From a virus (lineage: Duplodnaviria; Caudoviricetes), in the IMG/VR virus record IMGVR_UViG_3300036670_000273, positions 1-63,994 of that record: a stretch of 63,994 nt of DNA; one strand, written 5' to 3'. The notes under the pieces are model-generated. The model worked only from the letters and a program-made list of their open reading frames with translations. It ran no database searches and was not told where the DNA came from. This document shows, one piece after another, positions 8,495 through 17,232 of this stretch (position 1 is its first letter; each line of letters opens with the position of its first letter). A program made the position numbers and the translations under genes.

Positions 8495-9430
8495 TTAAAG
8501 GTCTAAACCGTTGATAAAATCATCAAAGTCATCTGAACCAGCAGCCTCAGGTATATTATCTACAACCTGAATAGATTCGCTTACTGGTGCCATGCGTGCG
8601 GTTTGAGTTCCGTCGTTAGTTGGAACTTGAGTTGCTCTGTTAGTTGGAGCTTTACTCGTAAGAGCGCCAATAGAAGAACCAGGTGAACTGAATTGAGAAA
8701 GAACATTCATAACCTTTGTTCGCTGCTCATCATTCCATACTTTGTAATCAAAGTTACCTAAATCAGGTGCATCTTTTAAATAATCTAATATTACCTTACG
8801 ACCTTCATCAGTATTACTAACAGCAGTTTCATTAATATTCATTGTTGTTTGTGATCCTTGAAATTTACAAGAATCATAATTAGGATATCCACCTTTTTTT
8901 GAAATAACTAATTCAAAATTCTTACCTTCAAACGGATCAAATATTTGAGTTGGTTCATCAAATTGTGGATTTAGTTCCTCATCAATTTTTGCCTTAATTT
9001 TGTAGCCAAATTTAATAACTTTAATTTGACCTTCAAGATCACGATTTTGCGGATCTTTAACAATCTGAACTAATCCATAAAATACTTCTCTACGCTTTAA
9101 TCCTTCTGATATTTTTTTATCAACAGCAGATTCACTGTTACGAAGTTTAAAGAATAAATCCTGTACTGGGCATTTGTCTCCAACCGTTGATGGTGAATCA
9201 GCGTAAAAGCCGTTACCTTCACGATCTTCTAACCAATATACAAATTTACGTACATAAGGTTTGCGTGGATTTTTAATATTAGGAAGAAACCTAATTAAAG
9301 AGCGGTAAGTACCGTCTTGACCCTGATCGGGTTTTGGTGAGTAAAGATCTGAACCTCCAGATCCTAGTCTATCTCCAGTGTCTAAGTCTTTAACGCTTAC
9401 GCTGAAAATGTCAAATTCATTTGTTGCCAT
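8495..9430 (-). CDS. Single-stranded DNA-binding protein (T4 gp32-like)
   Basis: IRFLP, STVGDKCPV, FDPFEGKNF, YPNYDSCKF and acidic tail DDFDDFINGLDL. Confidence 0.9.
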   Translation of the reverse strand: MATNEFDIFSVSVKDLDTGDRLGSGGSDLYSPKPDQGQDGTYRSLIRFLPNIKNPRKPYVRKFVYWLEDREGNGFYADSPSTVGDKCPVQDLFFKLRNSESAVDKKISEGLKRREVFYGLVQIVKDPQNRDLEGQIKVIKFGYKIKAKIDEELNPQFDEPTQIFDPFEGKNFELVISKKGGYPNYDSCKFQGSQTTMNINETAVSNTDEGRKVILDYLKDAPDLGNFDYKVWNDEQRTKVMNVLSQFSSPGSSIGALTSKAPTNRATQVPTNDGTQTARMAPVSESIQVVDNIPEAAGSDDFDDFINGLDL

Positions 9431-9583
9431 GTGATGTGCCTTTTTAATTTTTAAAATTTAGTTGTTTAAAAGCCTAACTTAACATTGTTTATTTTGCTTG
9501 CCCGGGATTTGCCAATATTCTTTGCCGTATTAATGCCTTTCAAAAGATGCTAATAAAATCAGTACCTTTGTTATTTATATATT
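9431..9583 (-). promoter_or_regulatory. Long 5' leader of the SSB gene with repeated GGCA boxes, downstream of an AATATATA motif
   Basis: AATATATA at 9576-9583; GGCA (tgcc on +) at 9534, 9523, 9510, 9499, 9437. Confidence 0.45.
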
Positions 9584-9600
9584 CTAATTCTAAATTAGTT

Positions 9601-9888
9601 TTAAAAAATCTTAATATTTTTATCTTTAATTACTGCAATGATATCTTGTTCTATAATACTGTAAAAAATTTCATCATCTACAGTAAACTCAAAACCGGCA
9701 AGATCGTGAAACGCTACCAATGCACCAACATAATAATCAGGGTCAGTGACAGTTGAACCGATAGATACAATAGTACCTAAATATGGAGGGGCAAATTTAC
9801 CAGTAGTTTTTGGAATATAAATTGAACCGATTTGATCAGGTAATTTATTTTTTTTAATAAATATTCTATTTTTTATTGCTTTTATCAT
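9601..9888 (-). CDS. groES: GroES/Cpn10-like co-chaperonin
   Basis: 95 aa; IKAIKNRIFIK, GSIYIP mobile loop, GTIVSIG, IIEQDIIAVI. Confidence 0.8.
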   Translation of the reverse strand: MIKAIKNRIFIKKNKLPDQIGSIYIPKTTGKFAPPYLGTIVSIGSTVTDPDYYVGALVAFHDLAGFEFTVDDEIFYSIIEQDIIAVIKDKNIKIF

Positions 9889-10001
9889 AATAATGTGAAA
9901 CTAAATTGAAAACTGTATATATAAAATACATCTAATTAAGTCTAAGAATAGATAGTAATGCTTAGCAAAGAATAAGTCTTTAAGTTCTCTAAATTTAAAC
10001 T

Positions 10002-10667
10002 TTATTTGTTATCTAAACATTTTAACTTTAAAGTTGATTGTAATATAAAATAAGAGTCAACTAGATCATCAATTGGTTTAGGAATCTTTTCGCTAAAGTC
10101 TTTACCTTTACACCAATTCCATATTATAGAATTCTCTAGAGATAAATCATTTAATACATTATCTTGAAATGATTTAACCATATAATGTTTATTTCCATTT
10201 CCCTTTCCTGCTAGTTTTTTAACATGAGATGGTTGAAAAATAAAAATGTTATCTGCGCCATAAGTTTCAGTTAATCGATATCTTAAAAAAGAATTATATT
10301 GAACAATGTCAATAAAAGAATTTCCAGTAGAACCATACGAAAATCCCTCTAGTGCAACCTGAACTTCATCATCTAGAATTGTTGACTTTAAATAATTAAC
10401 AATCAAATTTGCAATCATATCACCATCAATCAATTTTTCACGCTCTCTTAATAAAAAGTCTTTGTTTCCAACTAATCTATTATATGAAATTTGAGTTAAC
10501 GCATTAATGCTTTCTAATTCAACATGAGTTTGAAATTGTTTTAAAATTGGTTTTTCAGGAGATCTCCCTTTATTATTATAAAAAGAAATAAACTCATAAG
10601 AGTTATCTTCACGTTTAATACAAAGGCCCGGGCTATTAAGAGAAAAATCAATTCCTACGTAAATCAT
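10002..10667 (-). CDS. RuvC-like Holliday junction resolvase
   Basis: GIDFSLNSPG, ALEGFSYG, VKKLAGKGNGNK, IDDLVDSY (RNase H-fold acidic set). Confidence 0.8.
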   Translation of the reverse strand: MIYVGIDFSLNSPGLCIKREDNSYEFISFYNNKGRSPEKPILKQFQTHVELESINALTQISYNRLVGNKDFLLREREKLIDGDMIANLIVNYLKSTILDDEVQVALEGFSYGSTGNSFIDIVQYNSFLRYRLTETYGADNIFIFQPSHVKKLAGKGNGNKHYMVKSFQDNVLNDLSLENSIIWNWCKGKDFSEKIPKPIDDLVDSYFILQSTLKLKCLDNK

Positions 10668-11038
10668 ATTCTTTTACCCAATGACGATCCTAATGCAGCA
10701 CCAACCAATCTACTTACTAATAAGTCATATAGTATTCCTTTTTGAATTCCTAATATTTTTGCAATTGCTTTTCCTATGGTAGATCCTAACGCAAAACCAG
10801 TAAGTCCACCAAAGATGCTACCTAATATACCTTCACTAATAGCTTCATTTAATATTTCATTTAAATCTTTACCATTATTATACTCAGCAATGATTTGACT
10901 AACAACAGAATCAACTGCAATTTCTTGATCTGCTGTTAACTCGTATGATTCAGTTAGCATATTGTGAATATCATTCATTGACTCTTTGTCTTCATCTAAA
11001 AAATCTTTAAATGTTTTCATATCTTTAAATGTTTTCAT
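10664..11038 (-). CDS. CTS-tagged protein with C-terminal glycine-zipper hydrophobic helices
   Basis: MKTFKDMKTFKDFLDE; GILGSIFGGLTGFALGSTIG. Confidence 0.75.
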   Translation of the reverse strand: MKTFKDMKTFKDFLDEDKESMNDIHNMLTESYELTADQEIAVDSVVSQIIAEYNNGKDLNEILNEAISEGILGSIFGGLTGFALGSTIGKAIAKILGIQKGILYDLLVSRLVGAALGSSLGKRI

Positions 11039-11044
11039 ATCTTT
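11003..11044. repeat. 18-bp tandem duplication of the start of the gene (MKTFKD x2)
   Basis: atctttaaatgttttcat at 11003-11020 and 11021-11038, plus partial atcttt. Confidence 0.9.
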
Positions 11045-11049
11045 TTTAT

Positions 11050-11604
11050 TTAAGTTAAATTAACTGCTATATCTAATCTATTATATATAAATGTAATGTC
11101 AAACGTTTTGAACTCAACAGTGTTGCTTGAAAAGTTAAGATCTAATGACCCAACAGAAGACATTAACATATCTTTGAGATTAACTGTTACTAAAGCATAA
11201 CCCTCACCATCTAACATTTCAATACCAACGCCTTCTGGTATATATTGATTTTTGCTACCTAATGCATAGTAATAATCAAAAATTTCAACAGCCATCCAGT
11301 AGTTAACCCAGCCATCAAAAGCTTGCATTGTAACTGTTAAAGATGTATCAATTAATTCTTCTTTAGGTAAACTTGATCTAAACCGACGTGTAATACCAGG
11401 GGCATCATTTTGTTCAACTGGTGTGAAAGAAGGACCCGGTAAATTAATAGACTGTATACCGTAATTAAAAAAGTCAATAGGTTCTTTAATTAAACCGCCT
11501 GGCATTTTATTAAAATAGCTTCTATATTTATCTGCTATCTGTTTAGGTATAAAGTTTCTCGGAAATGAAAAACTAAATTGATTGTTTCTTGCGCTTACTA
11601 ACAT
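11050..11604 (-). CDS. Tail-tube-fold protein (T4 gp3 tail completion-like)
   Basis: 184 aa; IQSINLPG and terminal FDITFIY pattern typical of the gp3/gp19 family. Confidence 0.6.
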   Translation of the reverse strand: MLVSARNNQFSFSFPRNFIPKQIADKYRSYFNKMPGGLIKEPIDFFNYGIQSINLPGPSFTPVEQNDAPGITRRFRSSLPKEELIDTSLTVTMQAFDGWVNYWMAVEIFDYYYALGSKNQYIPEGVGIEMLDGEGYALVTVNLKDMLMSSVGSLDLNFSSNTVEFKTFDITFIYNRLDIAVNLT

Positions 11605-11610
11605 ATTATA

Positions 11611-12474
11611 TTATATATCCGAGCTTGTAATTGTATTGACTCCAGTTATGTTTGATCTTAGTTGAGCCGCCGCCAATGCAAAGAAAGCTTTCTTTTTTGC
11701 TTTTGATTGATCAGCTTGTTGGATTTTTTTTATTGACTGAATATTTAGTCTTTGTAGTTTAACATTTTCTTCCGCCTTTTGAGCTTCTTTTGCTTGTTGT
11801 AATAATTCAATTGAAACTGATGATGAAATTTTATTGCTAAGTACATCGATTTCATTTGATAAATTTTGATTGCTAATCCGCAATACGTCTATTACTGTAA
11901 CTTGTTCAGCTATTAAGCTGTCTTTTTTCGATATATCAGTATTAACAATATCTATTTGTGATTGTAATAATGCAAGTTGTTTTGAATATTCTATTTGAAC
12001 ATCTTCAAGTTCTTTTATTTTTGTTGCCTTTGCTGCTTCATTAAACGCTAAAAAAGTTCCAGTATAAATAATAGATTCATCAGAATTTCCATCAGGATCA
12101 ATCATCATAGTAGAGATATAAAAACTTCTATTTTCTAAAGCAAGAATTTTTTGAGAATTATCTTTATCTATTCTAAAGAGTACTTCTCCAGTAGACATAT
12201 CTATATCTTGCACTTTTGTGTAATTTGGGATCCTAACTTCAGTATTGTTTCCAATAAAAACAATATAAATAGTACCAACATTACTTAAATCTATTGGTGA
12301 GTCAATTCCAGAGATTTCATCATATAATGTAAAAATAAAATAATCATCAAACGGCGATATTCGAATAACACCTTCACCTTGTGGTTTTGGTGTTTCATTG
12401 ACTGATAAGTTTTTAAATTTTTTATAAAATTGTACCTCATTTTTGCTAAGAGCAATGTCAGTAAGTATTTCCAT
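11611..12474 (-). CDS. Putative virion protein with C-terminal coiled coil
   Basis: Within structural operon; heptad-rich C-terminal half. Confidence 0.6.
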   Translation of the reverse strand: MEILTDIALSKNEVQFYKKFKNLSVNETPKPQGEGVIRISPFDDYFIFTLYDEISGIDSPIDLSNVGTIYIVFIGNNTEVRIPNYTKVQDIDMSTGEVLFRIDKDNSQKILALENRSFYISTMMIDPDGNSDESIIYTGTFLAFNEAAKATKIKELEDVQIEYSKQLALLQSQIDIVNTDISKKDSLIAEQVTVIDVLRISNQNLSNEIDVLSNKISSSVSIELLQQAKEAQKAEENVKLQRLNIQSIKKIQQADQSKAKKKAFFALAAAQLRSNITGVNTITSSDI

Positions 12475-12475
12475 T

Positions 12476-13837
12476 TTATTCTATTATGTTTTGTATTTTA
12501 ACAGGTGATATCGCTGCTTTAATATTAAGCCTATCTCTAAATGCAGTTACATATTTAGTTTTAACAACGAGCTGCGCTGATATTTGATCTGATGTTTGGC
12601 CACTGCGATTTCCTACCGATGATCCTGTTGAAATTATAATGTTTTTACCATCTTTTTGACTAATTTGATTTACTACAGTTGCTACATTTGGAACAACTCC
12701 TAGATTTATTTTCATTAATCTCCTTCCATATTTTTTTACATTAAATGAAGTTAGTCTTGCATTTTTAATAATTTGAGTATTATCACTCCTGTTATAAAGT
12801 CTAAGAACATAATTAATTGCAAATGAAACTGCAATAGAACTATTTAAAATTATTGGTCTATATAATATAGGTTCATCAAAGTTATTAGTTTGAGAAACTA
12901 TTTGATTGCCTGTTTGTATAAACGTTAAGCCTATTTGTTCGCTTAACGTAATTTCATGTAGAACAATATAATTACCTCCTGCTGAATTAAGTTGTGCAAT
13001 AAAATTTGATAAAGAAGAGCCATTAACAAGACCACTTAATTCGAAATAATCACCAATTTGAGATTCTACAACATTACTATAAAGATTGTCATATATATCT
13101 CTATTCGTTATTACCGTTGCGTTAATTTCTTTTACATCATAAAAGTTATAACCATTAACAACCGTTGTTTTTAAAATACCAATTCCTCTTATTGTTAAAT
13201 AAGGCGACCCAATAAAACCTTGCCCTTGTGTTAACTTGTAAGCTAAATCATTTGAGTTGTTTACATTAAAATTAATATTCATATAGAATAAAGAAGGCAG
13301 CTGCCATTCTATATATGTTGAATACAACTTATCAGCAATTAAGAGAGGATCAGGATTAAAAACAGGAGTATCTGTTTTTAAGAAATTAATGGAAGATAAT
13401 ATAATTTCTTTATTATCACGTCTAGCCGTAGCTATTTCAAAAATAATTCCATCAAAATCTGAAAAAGAAAATCCTGCTACAAAATGTACTCTTATTCTAT
13501 CATATTCAATATTAATGTTTGGCGTAAAGGTTTGAATTAGATTAGCTGAATCTGTTAATTTTGGATCAAAATCGTTATATGGTACTCCTACACTAGTATC
13601 TAAATATGCATATTTAGTTTTTCCTTCATTAATCGGAACAACTGATATATCTCTGTAATTACCTATAATAGAAGAAACACTATCAGTATTAAAAACATAA
13701 GATCCTCCAGTATAATCATCCCTTAATATCTCTATTGGGTATGCACTTGTATTATATATAGTTGGATCAGCTTGGTCAGTATATACATACTCTACTAATA
13801 TCCCATCTGATAATTGTATAAATTTTGATGATTCCAT
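12476..13837 (-). CDS. Putative virion structural protein
   Basis: 453-aa beta-rich ORF in the tail module. Confidence 0.6.
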   Translation of the reverse strand: MESSKFIQLSDGILVEYVYTDQADPTIYNTSAYPIEILRDDYTGGSYVFNTDSVSSIIGNYRDISVVPINEGKTKYAYLDTSVGVPYNDFDPKLTDSANLIQTFTPNINIEYDRIRVHFVAGFSFSDFDGIIFEIATARRDNKEIILSSINFLKTDTPVFNPDPLLIADKLYSTYIEWQLPSLFYMNINFNVNNSNDLAYKLTQGQGFIGSPYLTIRGIGILKTTVVNGYNFYDVKEINATVITNRDIYDNLYSNVVESQIGDYFELSGLVNGSSLSNFIAQLNSAGGNYIVLHEITLSEQIGLTFIQTGNQIVSQTNNFDEPILYRPIILNSSIAVSFAINYVLRLYNRSDNTQIIKNARLTSFNVKKYGRRLMKINLGVVPNVATVVNQISQKDGKNIIISTGSSVGNRSGQTSDQISAQLVVKTKYVTAFRDRLNIKAAISPVKIQNIIE

Positions 13838-13850
13838 TAAGTTTATTTAT

Positions 13851-14621
13851 TTACCACTGCAAAAATCTTGGAGTGTAATTTAATCCAATCCCAACATATG
13901 GGCCTATACCTTCACTAGTAACACCATATCCAATATGAAGCCCTAAGCCTAGTGTTTTTCTATTTTGTGATTGCAAATCTTTAAAACCAGCACTACTTTG
14001 ATCAATCATAATACCCTTTGCGCTATTAAATGTTGTACCTGGGTAATCTGTAGATAAGTTAACAAAGACTTCTTTTGTTTTTTTATCTCTTACAATTGAT
14101 GCAGTTAAAAAAATATTTTGTTCTAAATCAATTGTAGCCTCACCGAATGTTGCTTGATTTCCTAACACTAAATATGGAACTGTTGTTTTAATAGTCCTAG
14201 AACTATTTTTCCATGCTGTTGATGATTTTATTATGGCAGCAGATGTAAAGCTACCTAATATTGTATCAATTTTAATTACTTCAACATCTGTTAGTTTTTC
14301 AACAATTTTAGTTTTGTACTCAATAATAGTAATAGGAGTTTTATTTTTTTCAAATTTTAGTAACTCGTTTGCTTCATCAAGTGTTAAGGTGAGAGCCCTA
14401 ATTTCAGCTGCAGAGTTACCATTATTATCAACGTAATTACGAATAGTATCCTGTGATGCTTTTAAGTTATTGCTAATTCTAGTTGTTTCCCATTCTGCCT
14501 TTCTAGTTTCTTCACATTGCCTAACTAATAAAGTAAACAATACAGCAAACCCAATAAATATTAGTATTCTAGTATTTTTAGAATTTGTTAAAAATGAAAA
14601 TATTACTTTTAAAAAAATCAT
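13851..14621 (-). CDS. Membrane-anchored protein with coiled coil and C-terminal amphipathic beta-hairpin (spanin-like candidate)
   Basis: N-terminal TM ILIFIGFAVLFTLLVRQC; C-terminus LGLGLHIGYG...PYVGIGLNY...W. Confidence 0.5.
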   Translation of the reverse strand: MIFLKVIFSFLTNSKNTRILIFIGFAVLFTLLVRQCEETRKAEWETTRISNNLKASQDTIRNYVDNNGNSAAEIRALTLTLDEANELLKFEKNKTPITIIEYKTKIVEKLTDVEVIKIDTILGSFTSAAIIKSSTAWKNSSRTIKTTVPYLVLGNQATFGEATIDLEQNIFLTASIVRDKKTKEVFVNLSTDYPGTTFNSAKGIMIDQSSAGFKDLQSQNRKTLGLGLHIGYGVTSEGIGPYVGIGLNYTPRFLQW

Positions 14622-14860
14622 TTTGTTTCATTATATATTTGTAAAAGTTTATGTGGTGTAACTTCTGATGCTCCATATTTATTAATAAGATCATTCATAA
14701 AAATAAACTCATTATTTTTTAAATCATCAAGTTTATTAAAAAGAACATCTCGCTTTTCCGCTAAACTTATTATGCTTTTTTGCATTAAATCTATAGAAGT
14801 TTCAATTTCTTTATAGCTATCTACGTAATTTACTAAATTTGTTTTTTCCTTTTTATTCAT
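14618..14860 (-). CDS. Small coiled-coil hypothetical protein
   Basis: 80 aa, ATGA overlap with the next gene. Confidence 0.65.
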   Translation of the reverse strand: MNKKEKTNLVNYVDSYKEIETSIDLMQKSIISLAEKRDVLFNKLDDLKNNEFIFMNDLINKYGASEVTPHKLLQIYNETK

Positions 14861-14862
14861 AA

Positions 14863-17223
14863 TTAATTTGTAAAATTTATATTACTCTTGCTTACAAATG
14901 AGTTGCCTGCTCCTCCGCTTATTACATCTGTACCATTTACTACCATCCAACCTCTATTTGCATCAAAAACTGTAGTGCCTCCTAAATTTTGTTGCTCTGC
15001 TGTATTATAAGTTCTGCCAATCCATATTAATTCAATATAAAATTCAACTCCATTAAAATTGTTAACGTTTGCAGTATCAATAGGAATTGGCAAAGATGCA
15101 ATAATTGTAGAACTTGCATTTTTCCAATTTGATGCAATTAATGAAACTGAACCAACACCATAAGCACTACCACCGTTGTCATTAGGCCATGATCTTACAA
15201 GATCATCAATAGCAGAATATGTGGCAGACATTCTTGCAGCTATTAAATGTATATTAAATCTTTGTCCTGAATATAAACCATCGGGTATTAAAATAGATAT
15301 ATCATTACTTGACATGTTATCTGCTGGAAAGCCTAAACCATCCCAACCAATCGATATATCTAAAAATGAACAGTCCATAAAAGTAGCAGGTATTGTATAA
15401 TTACCAGTTATTCCAGCTGATAGTGGATTAATGTTTAGTGTCTTTCCTACGTACTGAATTCTATTATGAACTTCTGTAGTGTCTTCCGTTGCATTAAATC
15501 TAGTTTGCAAATTAGTGTTACCACTACTTCGATCTATTCCAATTAATTTGTAACCAACATTATCTTTTTGTATTTGAACCGACTCATTTTCAACAGTATG
15601 GCCAACAAATACTGCAGTGTTGCCTGTATTTTTAATAGAAGTTGATGCAGTATACAATCTATTATATTCAGTTGCAGTATCATATGAAGAACCTTTAAAT
15701 ATGTCTATCATTAAACTTCTACCAACAGTTGTTCTATTATCTGCTAAATACACAGGAGCTGATGCTAATTCTAAAGATGTACTCTTATTAATAGTAATAT
15801 TTCTATGTGTTGTTACGGCCGGTAATGCAGTAGTTAAAGTAGAATGCCATACAATGTTTCCTTTTACTTTAATGCCACCAGTATTAATTGTAGTGTTATC
15901 TATAATTACTACGTGTGATGCGTTTTGATTTAGCCCAGTCACTGTTATTTTATTAGATAAAATATCAATATCACTAGTTGCGGCAATTCTAATTAAACCA
16001 ACAGCAGATATATTTATGTTATTTGCAGAAGTTAACACAATATTTTGTAAAGCAGTGGTTATTAACTGAACTGGGCCAGTATTACCTCTTATTATTAAAT
16101 TAGATGGGCTTATATTTAAACCATGCAGTGCTGAAATTCCTATTTTTATGTTAGTATTTGCAATAATACCAATACTACCAGCCTCAATTAAAGCATTACC
16201 TGTTCTTATAGTGGTTTCATTTATAATTATACTACCCCCCAATTGGAACAACGTACTTCCAGTAGCAGATGTTGTTAAAACTGAAAATTTAGCAGGTGTT
16301 TGCGGATTACTAGTATTTACAGTAAATGATATATCAGAGATCTCACCGACAAATGCAAGATTTTGATCAGTACCTGAAATAAAATTTATATGCTTACCTG
16401 CTCGAAACTGCTGGCCCCTTAAAATTGTATTTATATTTAAACCAATCAAATCAGATAGATTAGTTGGATTAGTTGCCCCTTTCCTTACATTTAAATTTAA
16501 AGAATCATCAGCACCTAACGAAATATTAGAAAGCTTACTTAAATCAAATTGTTCATAGTTGTCATTTGGATTTACTCCACCACCCATAAAAACAATTGAA
16601 GATGCAGTTGAGTCTTTTTGATGAATTAATAATGATAACAAACTAGAATCTAACTGAGCTATCATTTGATTAGATATTTGATATGCATTGGTATAAGTAA
16701 TACCTGGAATTGAGATCGCTGTTGATCCAATGCCACCAATTAAAACTGTAGATACTCCTTGATTTGTTAATTGGTTTGCGCCGCCGTTTATACCATTTGG
16801 CATAGGTGGTACAAATGCAACATTTTGATTATCTATTGATGCGGGGCTTTGATTTATTCCATTGTAACCACCTACATAATTAAAGCCTACACTTGAACCA
16901 ATAGGTCCAATAGGTCCACTTAAATTAATTAATGTACTAGTCCATACTGTGCCGTTATATTGCCATACTAAACCGTTACTTTGCAAGAAATAATCACCAG
17001 TGTTAATACCTACAATAATTAATTCATTCGGATTATCATTACCATCATACCAAGAAGATCCTTTAATACCCCTACCACCACCAGGACCTGTAGGCCCAAA
17101 TAAACCACGAGGACCAGCTGGACCACCACCATTTAATAGTATTTGATCAAAATTAAAATTAATTTTGTCAACACCTTGAGAAATTGTGTCAGATGATATT
17201 AACTCTTTTATTAGAATGGGCAT
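14863..17223 (-). CDS. Tail fibre/spike-like protein with short collagen segment
   Basis: N-terminal SDTISQGVDKINFNF anchor motif, GPAGPRGLFGPTGPGGGRGIKG, GDYFLQSNGLVWQY, beta-rich Ile/Asn/Thr body. Confidence 0.7.
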   Translation of the reverse strand: MPILIKELISSDTISQGVDKINFNFDQILLNGGGPAGPRGLFGPTGPGGGRGIKGSSWYDGNDNPNELIIVGINTGDYFLQSNGLVWQYNGTVWTSTLINLSGPIGPIGSSVGFNYVGGYNGINQSPASIDNQNVAFVPPMPNGINGGANQLTNQGVSTVLIGGIGSTAISIPGITYTNAYQISNQMIAQLDSSLLSLLIHQKDSTASSIVFMGGGVNPNDNYEQFDLSKLSNISLGADDSLNLNVRKGATNPTNLSDLIGLNINTILRGQQFRAGKHINFISGTDQNLAFVGEISDISFTVNTSNPQTPAKFSVLTTSATGSTLFQLGGSIIINETTIRTGNALIEAGSIGIIANTNIKIGISALHGLNISPSNLIIRGNTGPVQLITTALQNIVLTSANNINISAVGLIRIAATSDIDILSNKITVTGLNQNASHVVIIDNTTINTGGIKVKGNIVWHSTLTTALPAVTTHRNITINKSTSLELASAPVYLADNRTTVGRSLMIDIFKGSSYDTATEYNRLYTASTSIKNTGNTAVFVGHTVENESVQIQKDNVGYKLIGIDRSSGNTNLQTRFNATEDTTEVHNRIQYVGKTLNINPLSAGITGNYTIPATFMDCSFLDISIGWDGLGFPADNMSSNDISILIPDGLYSGQRFNIHLIAARMSATYSAIDDLVRSWPNDNGGSAYGVGSVSLIASNWKNASSTIIASLPIPIDTANVNNFNGVEFYIELIWIGRTYNTAEQQNLGGTTVFDANRGWMVVNGTDVISGGAGNSFVSKSNINFTN

Positions 17224-17232
17224 GCTTTATTT

